A DNA stretch of 64,000 nt from Octopus vulgaris (lineage: Eukaryota). The stretch is taken from assembly GCA_951406725.2 (NCBI GenBank), contig OX597823.1, forward strand, positions 68,448,001-68,512,000, in the 5' to 3' direction. Each line of letters opens with the position of its first letter. The stretch's first letter is position 1. A program made the position numbers and the translations under genes. The notes beneath the pieces were generated by a model, which saw only the letters and a program-made list of their open reading frames with translations, had not been told where the DNA came from and searched no databases. This document shows, piece by piece, positions 1-12,739 of this stretch.

Positions 1-254
1 GCATTGCAATTTCCTCTGCATACACCAGCAGTGATAATACCACTGAGTATATGAAGCAGTATTTACTTAGTACACATATTGTTCAACAGGTATTTAAGGA
101 CTTCACCATCAAAAATAAACAGATTTCTCCAGTGAAGGATCTAACACAACTTGCGATGATTAGATTTAATCTACTAAGAATCAAAAGCAAGAACATAGTT
201 TAACTGCATGCCTCAATCTACCCTTTCTATTCTATTTATCTAATCCAATACTCA

Positions 255-445
255 TAAGCTGGTGAGGAAGCTTGTACATGGTCATTTGACTTACAAGAAA
301 TATTCCTTTCAAATCACACCCCACTATATTTTTTTTTAAAAAGAACACATTACATATTGTGGTCTGAGATAAACAACATCTGAAATGTTGTGACAGTCAT
401 AGCTTGAATGATGTTATCAGAGGTATGTTTGATCAGAACTGAAAA
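255..445 (+). repeat. Old unclassified interspersed repeat (family C; motif gctagaaatagcagccaaatctccctcaaatcacacc)
   Basis: Degenerate similarity by eye to copies at 2668-2870 (-), 27015-27245 (+), 33660-33845 (+) and 58065-58635 (-). Confidence 0.45.
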
Positions 446-534
446 TAATGGCAAATACAAAGCTCACATAAACTTCCTTTTAAAGAAATCTCATATGACT
501 CGTAATTTTATAGAACACAGCTTTCCTTCCTTTT

Positions 535-930
535 ATCTTTTATTTTTTACTTGTTTCAGTCACTAGACCGTGGCCATACTGGGGTACTACCTTGAAGGAT
601 TTTTAGTTGAATGAATTAACCCCAGTATTTACTTTTTTAAAGCCTGGTATTTATGCTATTGGTTTCTTGCCTAACTGCTAAGTTACAGGGACATGAACAC
701 ACCAAAACCAATTGTCCAAATACAGACACTAAGACACACACACACAGATAGATATATGTATGTATGGTAGGCTTCTTTCAGTTTCCGTCTACCAAATCTA
801 CTCGCACTCACAAGACTTTTCTTAGCCTGAGGCTATAGAAGACATGTACCCAAGGTGTCACACAGTATAACTGAACCCAATCTCATGTGGTTGGGAAGAA
901 AACTCCTTACCACACAGCCACACCTGTGCC
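535..930 (-). mobile_element. tRNA-derived SINE, family A (octopus OR-type-like)
   Basis: Reverse complement starts ggcacaggtgtggctgtgtggtaag..ttcccaaccacatg..gggttcag (A/B-box-like). It has a central (CA)/(TA) microsatellite and ends tgactgaaacaagtaaaa, as in several other copies in the window. Confidence 0.85.
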
Positions 931-1319
931 TTTCAGTAACTTCACTTTTAATCACACGAATAAAATCCAGCCCCTTGAAAATGTTAAATTTCTGACAATC
1001 TAAGCCTACAAACTGCTTGATTTTTAATTAGAAGCCATTTCACTTATTCTGGAAGTTCTCATATAAAAGTATGCTACAAGTTTCATTTCACACCTCTGAA
1101 ACCAATAGGGCTAATTACTTGTTGATAGATAGCTCTGATCAGAAGAGATCAAGTGATTGATTCTATTCATTATACAAGTTTTTGAAGGATAATGAGTCAT
1201 AGGCAATCACATCTAGTTAAAAGTGAAGATCAATCAGTAAATATATTATAATAATGAACCATCAGAATTTCAATATCGTGTCTTCACTGAATTATTCCCT
1301 AGTATCATTTATCTTGTAA

Positions 1320-2460
1320 CTACTGATATTGGTGGATAGTAGTAAAAATCAACATGACAACTGATGGAGTGATCTCTATGCTCAAGTTCATTTTATTTTT
1401 GGTTTGTTTCCAGTGTTATATGTTCTCACTTGGTACTTATTTTCTTCCACTCTGATCTGTAATCAAGCACATTTTGAAACAAATTAGCTCTACTTGCAAT
1501 ACAGTTTATCTTTCTGTCTATTCCCTTTCTCTCTGATTCTCTACTTTGTCTCAACCCTTCTCAGGATGCAATACTGATCCACTTCCTCTCACGTTTATCT
1601 TCATTCCCTTTTAATCTGTCTCTACAGCAAGTTTTATTACTCTCCTTCTCTTTCCATTGTTTTTACATTCAGGGACTATTCCTTTTTTTCTCCCAGAGCA
1701 AGTTCTATAAACAATTGTCCCTTATTTCATTTCATTCCAACGACTTCAATGATATCCTGTTTATGCAGTGCTCACAAAATTTCCTGTGTTTTGTTTGCCT
1801 CAGTTGAAACACCTAGTAATACTTTTTATATCCATTTTTGTTGTCCCAAATTTGCTGAATAATTTCCCAGTAGTATATCCTATAGTTACTGGAACAACTG
1901 GATAGTAATAATGCTGTCTTTAGGTGCTAAAATTCTCATTACCTACAAGTGATAGATGATGAAGGGAATTCTATGTTGGCACTCATTTTATTTTTGTTTA
2001 TTTCCTGTGCTTCATATGTTCTCATTGTATGTGGTACCCATTGATCTTATGTGTAATATGTGTATTATATCACAGAAATATTGCATAAATCATATGATAG
2101 GCTACACTTCTAGGGTACTAAGGGCTTTGTTGTCTGTTTTGTTTAATAAGGTATTTTGTATTGTCTCTTAGCAACAACGAATTCAAATGAAACTTTTCTG
2201 AAGTTTATATGAAACATAACCATACAAAACAGTTTTGGTTTTATGCAGTGTGTCCTTTTCCTCCAGCCTTTTGTAGAGATATATTTGTCCAGCATTTGTG
2301 GGATCACAGGGAATATGTGTACACCTTCAAAACTTCTCTCCTGACCCATAAGATGTTCTTTTCACTTTTGAACACTAGGGAAGATGCTGTTTGACTGATA
2401 TTATGTTAAACTGAAAGGCTGTCTAGACTGATCTGAAGTATCTTCTACTGCATTTTCTTC
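1320..2460 (-). mobile_element. Highly decayed APE-type LINE remnant
   Basis: Minus strand gives ILLGNYSANLG (cf. APE motif IILGDFNAKIG) near 1850-1885 and MKINV (cf. GLKIN) near 1590-1610; no open ORF. Confidence 0.35.
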
Positions 2461-2667
2461 TCAAATAGTGAGTGCCTTATCATGCTTTCACTTTATCATT
2501 GTAGTAAACATTAAAAATGTATAAAAAGTGTAATATCAATAGCTACCTTACACAAACATAATTCTATAAATTTAAATCATAACTTTTATTATCAGTATCA
2601 CCTCCTCTCCCCAAACAGTATTTTAAAGTTACTCTTTCCATTTATGTACATTAATATATAACTGTAT

Positions 2668-2870
2668 GTTGTTGTTTAGCAGCAGATCAACCTTGATCAA
2701 GCAAGCAGATCTGTAATGAATGGCATTTCAGTTTTGATCCCTAAGCCTTATTAGAAATATGTTGGACTACATTATTTGATGCATCCTCTCCTTATTTAAG
2801 ACCATTGTAGGTGATTTGAGGAAGATTTAGTTATTTTTAGCTGGTCAAAAATTATGAAGAGACATCTTCA
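2668..2870 (-). repeat. Family C interspersed repeat
   Basis: Reverse complement resembles the 33660-33845 and 27015-27245 copies (ggtgatttgaggaagatttagttatttttagc). Confidence 0.5.
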
Positions 2871-3003
2871 TACTTCATAAGTAACATGAACAGAACATTT
2901 GTGCTATGATTTTGTATGCTCCTGCAGAAAAAAGCCTTTCAACTATTTACCCTGAGGCCATACATGTATGCATCAACAAGGATAACTGAGAATTCATTTG
3001 CTG

Positions 3004-3245
3004 CAGTAGTTCACAAATGGGGTCCATATGAGAATTTTTGTTATGAAAATTTATCTACAATAAATTTGTTATACATCTACAATACAAGAAATATTCTAAC
3101 AATTTTTTGCACACAGTTACTAATATTTAATCCTAAAAATAAATATAAATATGATTTTTTTAAAACATCAAATGGCTAGAGGGGTCCATCTGAGTAAAGT
3201 AGGAGTCAAAGGGGTCCATAGGTACAGAATGGTTGAGAAACATTG
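3004..3245. mobile_element. hAT-type MITE
   Basis: Degenerate TIRs cagtagttcacaaa...gttgagaaacattg (CAGTGGTTCTCAAC-type). 8-bp TSD atttgctg (2996-3003) / atttactg (3246-3253). Subterminal ggggtccat repeats. Confidence 0.75.
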
Positions 3246-3899
3246 ATTTACTGGGTCAATTCAGAAATCCACAATGATCTATTCAAGTTTAGGCCATCTT
3301 AGTATGCAACATCTCTTCAGAAATGAACAGACCACAACGTAAATAAGAAAGAACATTGAACCCACTTCTATTTCATTAGTCTACAGCTTATGAAAACTGA
3401 AATTGATAAAGAGCTAACTAAAATAAGACACAAAAGTTTTTATGCTTTTCCATATATCCAAAAGTTTTATATGTTTAAAAATGTATTACAGATATGTAAA
3501 AGAGTATTGAAATATTTCAACAATTTCAAATAAAAAAAAGACATCATTTCATGCAAGTGAATTCGGTTAAAGATAAATAACGATGTGAAATCACAAAAAC
3601 AATAGAACATTTAAGAAAATTGTTATATCAGATATAAGAAGTATTGTTGTATGAGATATTTAAAATACAAGGTTAGTTCTTAATTTGTGTAATATAAGAA
3701 CATGACATTTCTAAGATTTTAGTAGAGCCATTCACAAGAGAATGAATTATTCTAATATATTTCCTTTTTGCTTGCATTCCAGTGACTCTTGTTGATGCAG
3801 ATTATATTTAGTCTGTTTCAATTTTAGTGATTACATTTATATTATATTTGTTAGAGTAGCATTGAGTAATAGTTGTATCATAAAGTCAACCAAGAATGT

Positions 3900-5857
3900 A
3901 TTGTTCAAAATAAGTTTTAAGAGAGTTGGGAAGCTTAATGATGCTTCTTCAAGGATGAAGTAGATTCTATTTAGCATTAGCAAAACCATTAGCACATAGG
4001 AATACGATAAAAGAAAGTAGAAACTTAGTAATGAGTCTGACTGTTATAAACGATCACCAACTACAAGCAAGTTACCAGCAGCAAGAGCCAAAGTTGAGCA
4101 GTAGTAAAATATAAGATTATAAGGAATAAGCAATAGGCCTGTAAAAACTTGAAGAAGAGTTTCAAGACAGAAATGTGTATTTAACCAGGAAAGAAATAGA
4201 CAGTTGTAGTATTGGTAGTGTTCTAGGCAGCACAGAATAAAGAAACCTTAAGTCAGCATGACAGTGATACAGGTGTACATTATTTTATACTGACAATACA
4301 AATATGTATCACTTTGACAGGCAGCTGAAGATTGAGAACTGGAGATGAATTGAAGACAAGAATAAACTACAAAGTATTTATTGTCTATGGATGGTCTATA
4401 ATTTTTGCATGACACGTGTGCAATAACAAGGGAGCTCTTCTAAATTTTTTCTTCCATTCTCCAAATATATAACTGTGCTATTTGGTATAAATATGTGCAG
4501 AGCATTAGTGATAAAAAATAAACATAATTGAGGAACAAGGAAATGGTCTTTTGTGGGAAAATCAATACAAATACCTTGGGATACTTGGAAATTAATACAT
4601 TGATGAAGGAAAAGGCAAAAGCTGAGGTTGTAAATAAATATTTCAGACGACCTAGATTGGCTTCAAGGAAAAGAAAGTCATAGCAAGCAACATATTAGCT
4701 GTTGCATCACTGGGGCATAGAGAAGAAATACTAAGTAGTGTAGAGAGAGAGAGAGAGAAAAGAAGAGATGTCAGTTGAGTTAAGATAGCAGCCAGTAGCT
4801 AGATATGATTAGATAAGAAATGGACTTAAAGCTGAAAAAGAGAATTTGGGGTTAATATTGAAACATTTCAGAATATCCGAATATTAAAACAAGTTACAAA
4901 TTATTAGTGTGTTACCTCTCCTAAAACATATTGAAGAGGTAACATATTAAAAGAAATTGAAAGAATGAATAGAGAATCATTACATGGAGATGAAAATTAA
5001 TGGTTAATAGCAAAACTCATGGCAGAAGAAGCATTCAAGAAATAATCATGGAAACAACCTTCAACCCAAGACTGAAACTATGAATAATCATCACAGGAGC
5101 AAACGCAAACTATGTTAAATTCCACAAATAACTGTCCTATAGATATATGTTATATAGTGGTAAATATCAGTGTAATGAAGTGGCCATTAAGAAGTGTTAG
5201 AATTAATAATTAGGACACTAATAGAGATTAAGAACACCTGAAAAACAAGTTAGAACTGATGTGATTTTATACTGTAATCTGGAATTGACAAAATATCCAG
5301 AAAAAAGACAAAACAATACCTTTGTTTTTTGGGGGAGGGGGCAGGAATATTTTGTTAATTCCAGATGATGTTATAAAATAAGCTAATGATGGATACTATC
5401 CATCATGAACAATGAAGCAGGGAGACAACAAGCTGTGAAAATAAATAAATGATGATTACTGGATTTTTGTGAGATTTCTCCATAGAGATTGATAATTCTA
5501 CTGAAGGAATATCAAATATGAATGTGGAGGACAGAAAAAAAGAAATAATGTAAGATAACAGATTTCAAAATACCATATGATTGTGGGGTGGATGTGAAGG
5601 AAATGGAGAAACAACTGGATCTAACTTAGCCAAAGAACTGAAGAGATTCCAGAACACAACTGTGTAAATTGTTCCTGTGATAAATGGTGCTCTTGGAACA
5701 ACACCCAAACTGCTACCTGTAGGAAGCTGAAGGATATTGGAATAGAGACACATACAGTTGACCTGCAAAACTGGACTAGCCTTACTCTGCAAGTATTGTA
5801 ACAAAGATTCTTGAGATTTGAAGTGGCTTGTAACTAAATCAGAAGATGACATCTCTA
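3900..5857 (+). mobile_element. R4/Dong-like RLE non-LTR retrotransposon, copy 1 (very decayed, internally deleted)
   Basis: Remnants of LxMDxL (RT, ~4380), KYLGIL (~4570) and C-terminal IVPVINGALGTTP...LQK...KIL (~5670-5815), followed by a TAA/TGA tail. Start is uncertain. Confidence 0.65.
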
Positions 5858-5932
5858 ATAATAATTATGATGATAATGATGAGGATGATGAAGATGAGGA
5901 CAATGACGACAACAATAATAATGATAACAATG
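5856..5932 (+). repeat. (TAA)/(TGA)/(CAA) microsatellite tail
   Basis: taataataattatgatgataatgatgaggatgatg...aacaataataatgataac. Confidence 0.9.
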
Positions 5933-6145
5933 ATTTCAGATTGTGACACAAGGCCAGCAAGTTCAGAGGAGGGGATGAGTTAATTACATCGACCCCAGTA
6001 CTCAACTGGTACTTATTTTATCGACCCTGAAAGGATGAAAGGCAAAGTCAACCTCAGCAACATTTGAACTCATAATGTAAAGACGGACAAAATGCTGCAA
6101 AGCATTTTGCCCAGCATGCTAATGATTCAGCCAGTTCACTGCCTA
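5931..6145 (-). mobile_element. tRNA-derived SINE, family B (central domain Nin/Deu-like)
   Basis: Reverse complement: ggcagtgaactggctgaatcattag..gagttcaaat..gactttgcctttcatcctttcagggtcgataaaataagtaccag. Homologous to 24100-24312 and inserted in a TAA tract. Confidence 0.85.
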
Positions 6146-6419
6146 AATAATAATAATGATAATAAGAATGATGGTGATGATGATGATGATGGTGGTGAAG
6201 ACAGTGACGTTGCTGGCTATCTCTGTCTCACTTCAGAATAGTACTAGGTATTTGAACATTCATATATCATTTTCATCTTTTTTGGCCCTTACATGCTGTA
6301 ACCTTGATTTATTCCATCCCGAGCCTTTTTAAATGAAGAAAATTTACTTTAGTATTAAAAAACTTTTCTTGAGATACATGTGTCCCATTAGGAGCGAAGG
6401 GGTTAATGAAACCAGAACT

Positions 6420-8663
6420 GTTAATAGGGAAGGTATTGTACACAACAGGCAAGGAGCATCTGATCAAGCTCTGGTGCTTATAATCAAGCCACTGATCAGA
6501 ACTAGAATTGAAGTCAAAAGAGCAGAGAAAAGAAAATGAAATAAGAAAAAGATGTAAACAAGATTGTGATGGAATGTTTGCTGAGAAGTGAGCCAAATAA
6601 AGGAGGTTTCGTGAAATGAATGAAGAGAATATTGGATGAAAAGATAGTTTTTCTAGCTTCCACCCAATGATTGAGAGATCAGGTAAAGGGAATTTGCGTA
6701 AATGATTGGATTACAGGATTAGAGGTTGAAGAAATTCAAAGAAGAATAAAAAATGAACACAAAGGGTGTGAAACAGTGGCAGAAAGTGGCAATGAAGGGG
6801 TAAGAGATGAAGAAAAGGAAAAAGAAGGAAATAACTATATTGCTGAGAATGCTGATGAAGTAAATAGTGAAGATGATTTAGCTGGGCAAGTTGCACAAGA
6901 CTTGAATGTTGCATAAGACTTGAACGAAGAAGAGAAGGAGATTCTAAAAATGCTGTAAGACAAAATGTGTGGCGTAAACAATGAAGTGCCACAAAATGTA
7001 TGGACAGAGGAAAAGTAAGGAAAGCTACAGGCAAAGTAAATGGTGTTTTGAACTTGATTAAAACAAATAACATTGGTGAAACAAAGCAGTTAATAATAGC
7101 TACTGGTAATGTTATAGCTGACATGATAAGATATAAGTCAAAGACTGTTGAAGAAAACAAAGGGAAGGAAAAGAAAGAACTAAACTGGAGGAAGAGAATA
7201 CGAATGAAGCTGGAAAAGACATGGAAAGAACTGGGGAAACTGAATTGGATAATGAAAGAACTCAAGGATGAGATAGAACATTGAATGGACTGTACAGGTT
7301 ACAAGAAAGGGGAAAACAAACTGTACATGAAGGTCACAAAGAGTGACAATGTTAAAGACCAAATCGAAGTGGTATGATGTTACATGCGAAAGTTTTGAGC
7401 AAAATAGATTGTTTCAATTAAATAGTAGGTATCTTTTTTGAGGAAATAGAAGAGGAACAATATCAGGAACTGATTTCTGATGTGGAAAAAGCAATGCATT
7501 CCGGGGAGAACTTTGGAACAGGCCAGAAATACAAAAAGAAATTTCAGAGTGGCTGACAGAAGTGGAGAGGCATCTTGCAACTGTACCAAGACAAAAAGAT
7601 ATCAGAATTGAACCGTATTCAGTGAGACTGAAGTTAAAAAATAAATTGGAAGGGTCCAGGCTCAGATGGAGCACAACATTATTGGCTGAAGAATTTTACA
7701 TAGTTGTACACCTGGATGAATGCTTGCAGTAGGGTCTTGACTCTACCTGGATGACAAGAGGATGAACGTTGGTTATGTCTCAAGAAGTACTTGAAAGGTA
7801 AATTGGTATCAAATATTCAACCTATAACCTGTTTACCATTTATATAGAAGCTTATGACTGGTATCTTGGTGGAAAAGTTATATAATCATGTAGAAAATAA
7901 CAATCTACATCAAGCAGAACAGAAAGGATGCAGGAAGCAAAGCAGGGCAATAAAAGACTATTTTTAGTTGATAAAATGATAATTAGAAATTGTAGATGCA
8001 GAATGATGGGATTGAATGTAGCATAGTTGGATTATTAAAAAGTGCATGACATGGTACCACACAGTCAGATACATAAAACAATGAGCATGTTTGGAGTGAC
8101 AGAAAATATGGAGAAAAGGATTAATGAACGTATGAAACATTGGAATACTGAATTGGTTGGAGGAAAATAAAGACTTGGGAAAGTGAACATCACAATTGGT
8201 ACATTTCAAGGTGACAGCTTATCTCCATTACTATCTTTGTTTGCATGATACCACTTAGTTTGATATTATGAAAAGTTAAAATACCTTACAGTTTGGGAAA
8301 AGGATATGATCAGATAAATCACCTTTTTATGGTTGATATAAAGCTTTATGTGAAAAATGAGAAGCAGCTTGAAAGTCTTGTACATATTGTTTGCATTTTC
8401 TTAAATGATGTAGGTATGGAATATGGGACCAAAAAGTGTGCTATATCGATAATGAAATGAGGAAGATTTGAAGGAAGCCAGGAAATTGAAATGCCAACTG
8501 GGCAAACAGTGAAAGCTGTTGAGAAAGGATGGTGGAATATGTATTTGGGTATAGTGGAGGCAGATGAAATAAAACATGAAGAGATGAAGCAACTTACCAG
8601 TAGAGAGCACACAAGGAGAGTGATAAAAATATTACAATCAAAGCTGAATTCAAAAAATGTTAT
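6420..8663 (+). mobile_element. R4/Dong-like retrotransposon copy 2, 5' part (N-terminal domain plus RT), near full-length pseudogene
   Basis: KIVMEC..RSEP, QxLRDQ...WITGLEVEEIQR, TNNIGETKQLI, WRKRI, PITCLPFI*KLMTGI, EQKGCRK, QGDSLSPLL (~8207), INHL-FMVDIKLY (~8315), YLGIVEAD and KILQSKLNSKN; many stops and frameshifts. Confidence 0.9.
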
Positions 8664-11165
8664 TGTTGTAATCCTCTATTGTACTGATATAATGCCCACT
8701 TCGGTATAGCAGTTAGTTAGACAAGTCAGAACATGACTATCTATCGACCAACTACTTGACTGACATCCTTGACTTCCTACATCACAGTATTTATAATGAC
8801 TATCACATACCACTCGTCACATGTGAGGGATGTCCCATTATTACTATTATCCCCATAACCTCTCCACTTTTAAGTTTTTCTTTTTTCTTACAGAGTGTAA
8901 TTTTATTTCTTTTAGTAGCAATAATCTTTACTCCACTCCACCTTCATTTGTTGAGTTTTTTTTTTCCGTACAGTTACACATTTAATATTCTTTTTGTTTG
9001 GCATCTGCTTATGCATTTGCTTATGCATCTGGGTTGAATTATTTGTAATGGTATCGATACTTGAAAAGTATCATATAACCGTTCCATTGGTTCTTCCATT
9101 CTCTTGGTTTTGCTCTCAACGAATCTTCTTTTTAGCTGATTCACATGTCTCTTGTATACCCCTTTTCTTCCTTTTATGAAATATTTTCCCTATACATTTG
9201 GTAATCAGGTAATCATGCCATCTTCCCAACTTTGTTTTCCATTCTTATATGCCTTAACAGTGGAGGCGCAATGGCCCAGTGGTTAGGGCAGCAGACTCGC
9301 GGTCGTAGGATCGCGGTTTCGATTCCCAGACCGGGCGTTGTGAGTGTTTATTGAGCGAAAACACCTAAAGCTCCACGAGGCTCCGGCAGGGATGGTGGTG
9401 ATCCCTGCTGTACTCTTTCACCACAACTTTCTCTCACTCTTACTTCCTGTTTCTGTTGTACCTGTATTTCAAAGGGCCGGCCTTGTCACTCTCTGTGTCA
9501 CGCTGAATATCCCTGAGAACTACGTTAAGGGTACACATGTCTGTGGAGTGCTCAGCCACTTACACGTTAATTTCACGAGCAGGCTGTTCCGTTGATCGGA
9601 TCAACCGGAACCCTCATCGTCGTAACCAACGGAGTGCTTCTTCCAAAAATCCCAAATGCCTTAACAAATATGTTTACAGCAATTTTGTAAAATTTTGCCC
9701 TATTATCCATTGCAAATTTTCTTTCCTTACCAGGTAGTAATTCGTCGAAGACTGATTTTATTTTCCTCACAGACATTAGCTCTACTGGTGACATACTTAT
9801 TGGTGTATTTGGATTTGGAGTCACACACTATACTCTTAAGAATTATTCTAGAGCTACCTCATCCATGACTTCCTTATTCGACTTTCTTAGGGCTCTCTTA
9901 AACGTATCGACAAAGCATTCTGCTTGTCTGTTAGATCTGGGATGGTATGATGCCATAGTTACATGTTCTGCAGTGAACATCTTATGAAACTTTTTAAACT
10001 TGAAAGACACAAATTGCATTCCATTGTCAGACACTATCACGCCTGGGATGTCAAATCTCACAAACAGCTCATGTAGAAAATTTGTTGCAGTTGAGGAGGT
10101 CGGTTTTTTAGACTAGCAAATTTCTGGCTAATTAAAGAACCTATCAGCTACCACTAAGTAGTATGAACTATTTAAGTGACCAGTAGAATTGATGTGTAAT
10201 CTCAACCATGGCACATCTACTTTGTATAATCAGTAATTTTGCCACTAGTGTACATCTCCTGCAGCCTTTCACTAAATTTTTGATTTTGCTATCCATTTTT
10301 GGCCAGTACATGTAGCTATGCATTAAAACTTTCATCCTCGAAATACCAGGATGTCCAACATGAAGTTCCCTCAACATTTTCTTTTGCAATGTTTCAGGTA
10401 CTACTACATTTTGTGTATACATCAGTATACCATCACAAATTGAGTATAGGTTCATATCTTGGTTTTGTTTCACACAAATCCTATTCCTATTTACTTCTCC
10501 TGTCCATAGTATTCTTTTCATTTTTGCTATGAATTTGTCCTTTTCCACATTTCGTTTTATGTTTTCAAGGATCAGTGATAATTCATGTACCACATTCCAC
10601 ATTACATTTTTTATTTCTTCTTCTGATCTTAAAGCTGTGCTTATTATATCATCAAATGGCTTTCAGAGTTTCGGTATCAGTTTGGACAACCCATCCGCAT
10701 GGCCTAGTTTTTTTTTATGGTAAATATTCCATTTTGTAATCATAATTCAACAATGTAATGCCCCATCACTGTAATGTATTCACTGTGTGTGTTGATATTC
10801 CTTTTTTAAAGCTGTAACTGAGTTTGCAACATAATCTGGTGAGAACATCCTTTCAGCATTTTTTGACAAATTATTATTCTTTAATTGCAGCATTTGTTGC
10901 TGTAATAGTAGTAGTAGTTGTTGTTTTTTCAGCTGTTGTTGTTGCTGTTTTTGCAACTTAAGCAAACTGGCCAATAATTCTTCCATGGTTTTACGATTTT
11001 GTATACTATAAAATTCGCACAAAAAACTTTGTGAGTTTTGTAACTCCTTGTGAATTTGTTTAATCCTTGTGAGTTTGTTAATTCCTTATTGCCACAGTTG
11101 TAATCCTCTGTCAGACTGTTATAGCACCCACAACCAACTACCAACCACAACCAATTAGTAAGTTG
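8664..11165 (-). mobile_element. Ty3/Gypsy LTR retrotransposon, internally deleted, nested in R4 copy 2
   Basis: Integrase core VSDNG..YHPRSN.QAE.FV.TFKRAL (9843-10061); HHCC finger LH.GHPGI.RMK...YWP...C..C (10168-10602); RNase H end WG..LLNYDY.MEY....GHADGLS (~10680-10775); Gln-rich gag start (10820-10990). 3' LTR ~8664-8858 ends ...gaggattacaaca and is preceded by PPT aaaagtggagagg. 5' LTR remnant from ~11097 is followed by PBS-like tggcaataagg. Confidence 0.9.
9260..9655 (+). mobile_element. Young CpG-rich tRNA-derived SINE (family D) inside the Gypsy element
   Basis: A box tggcccagtgg and B box ggtttcgattccc; perfect 11-bp TSD atgccttaaca at 9249-9259 and 9656-9666. Confidence 0.9.
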
Positions 11166-11169
11166 CTTA

Positions 11170-11958
11170 CTAATAGGTGATCAAGAGTGGAAAGGGCAAA
11201 AAAGAAACGCAATGAGAACATGTCAAACATATTGAAGAGAAACATTTGCACAGTCAGTTTTGAAAAGCCACTAAGGATAAGCTAGCTTGAAAAAGAGATA
11301 GTTAAAAAGGAAGCAGAGCTCTATTATGGTATGTCAAGATCAAACACTGCAAACAAGCAGTTTGGTAAAATATGTGTATGGGAAAAGGTATTGGCAAAAG
11401 TAGAACTTGTAGAATTTGGGATGAAACAGTGGCACGCAAGTTGGTCCAGGGAGAATATACAAAATGGAAATATGTTCAAGATTTTGTGGGATTTTCTCAT
11501 TGAAATAGATAAGAGGAGGAAACATAACAAGCCTGCACATGGATTGGTCTATTATGTCCCTTTGTTACTAAGAATGTAAAGAAAGCAGATGAAAAGTTGA
11601 AAATCTACAATCCCTTAAAATTTGAAATTGTGAGGATTTAGAACATGAAAGTGTAAAGATTGTACCAGTGATAATTTTTTGCATTAGAGACTGTAAGTAA
11701 TAAAATAGAAAAATGGATAAAGCAGGGTGGAATGGAATGTCTTGCAGAGCTTCTACAGAAAGTTTGACCCTTAGGAACAGGGAATATTATCAGAAGGGTT
11801 TTGAGTGCTTGCTGTCTAATTGAAATTATGTGGATGCCTAAGGTTACAGATAGTAACCTGCTACTCACATAAATTCTACAAGGAATACGAACAGTCCTGA
11901 GTCAAGAAGAAGAACATGATTAAAATATTAATAATATTATTAATAATAATAATAATAT
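11170..11958 (+). mobile_element. R4/Dong-like 3' part (RLE domain, 3' UTR, TAA tail); probable continuation of copy 2
   Basis: EKHLHSQF, CQDQTLQT, FKILWDFLIEIDKRRKHNKP, YNPLKFEI and IIRRVL, then taataataataataat at ~11930-11956. Confidence 0.85.
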
Positions 11959-12650
11959 AAAATGTGCTACGAGGGTGATGAGATGAGGAAAGCTTGTCAG
12001 AAGGACAGTATGTCGAGTGGTGAAATGATGAAGGCTATTGAAACTCAGTCCAGTTACAAAATATCTGGGAATACTTGAGGTAAATGGAATTGCATACAAT
12101 AATATGAAATAAAAGACAAAGAAAGAGTACCTGTGGTGAGTGAGAAAAATATTGACTTCAAAGTTGAATGCCAGAAACAATTTTGGCAATAAACTTATGC
12201 ACAGTTGCAGTAGTTTGGTATGGTGCTGGAATCCTGAAACGGACAAAGGAAGAGCTAAAGAAGTTGGACAGGAAACAAGAAAGCTCCTAATGATGCATGG
12301 AGTTCAACATCCACATGTAGACACTGACCAGCTATACCTGAAGAGAACAAATGGAGGAAGAGGACTGATAAGTGTGGAAAATTGTGTATGTATCGAACTT
12401 GAGAGCTTAATGAGATATCTAGCCCAAAGTAAGAAAACCTTGCTAGTGTCATTTAGGAATGAGGGAGTATTGAAAGCAGAGGAAAAAAAAGGAAAAACAA
12501 AGGAAGTACAAAAAGGACATGCAGAAACATTATGTAACAAGGGACTACACCATCAATTTCATGTGGCTATAACAGAAATTGCTGGAAAACTTAGGTAGGA
12601 TTGGCTGAAAGCAGTAAAACAAAAATTGAAAGAATTTGACAATTTTATCA
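11959..12650 (+). mobile_element. R4/Dong-like copy 3 (post-RT fragment)
   Basis: KCAT, KYLGILE and ORF 12140 RKILTSKLNARN...TRKLLMMHG.QHP..DTD.LYLKR..GGRGLISVE...LHHQF. Confidence 0.85.
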
Positions 12651-12739
12651 TGTATGTGCCACTGTAGTTGTAGCAGAAGTAGTAATCTAAGAGGTTAGTC
12701 ACATCAGGTCAACCCAGAACAGACAAATACAATAAAGTT

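Noticed and set aside
6290-6407. piggyBac-like MITE end (gcgaaggggttaa)
   Set aside because: Only one TTAA-bounded terminus is visible, with no matching opposite TIR.
6711-7265. 184-aa minus-strand ORF (longest in the track)
   Set aside because: Antisense shadow of the purine-rich R4 ORF; F/L/S-rich with no domain signature.
9260-9340. tRNA gene
   Set aside because: A/B boxes are present, but the sequence continues into a 400-bp body bounded by a TSD; it is a SINE head.
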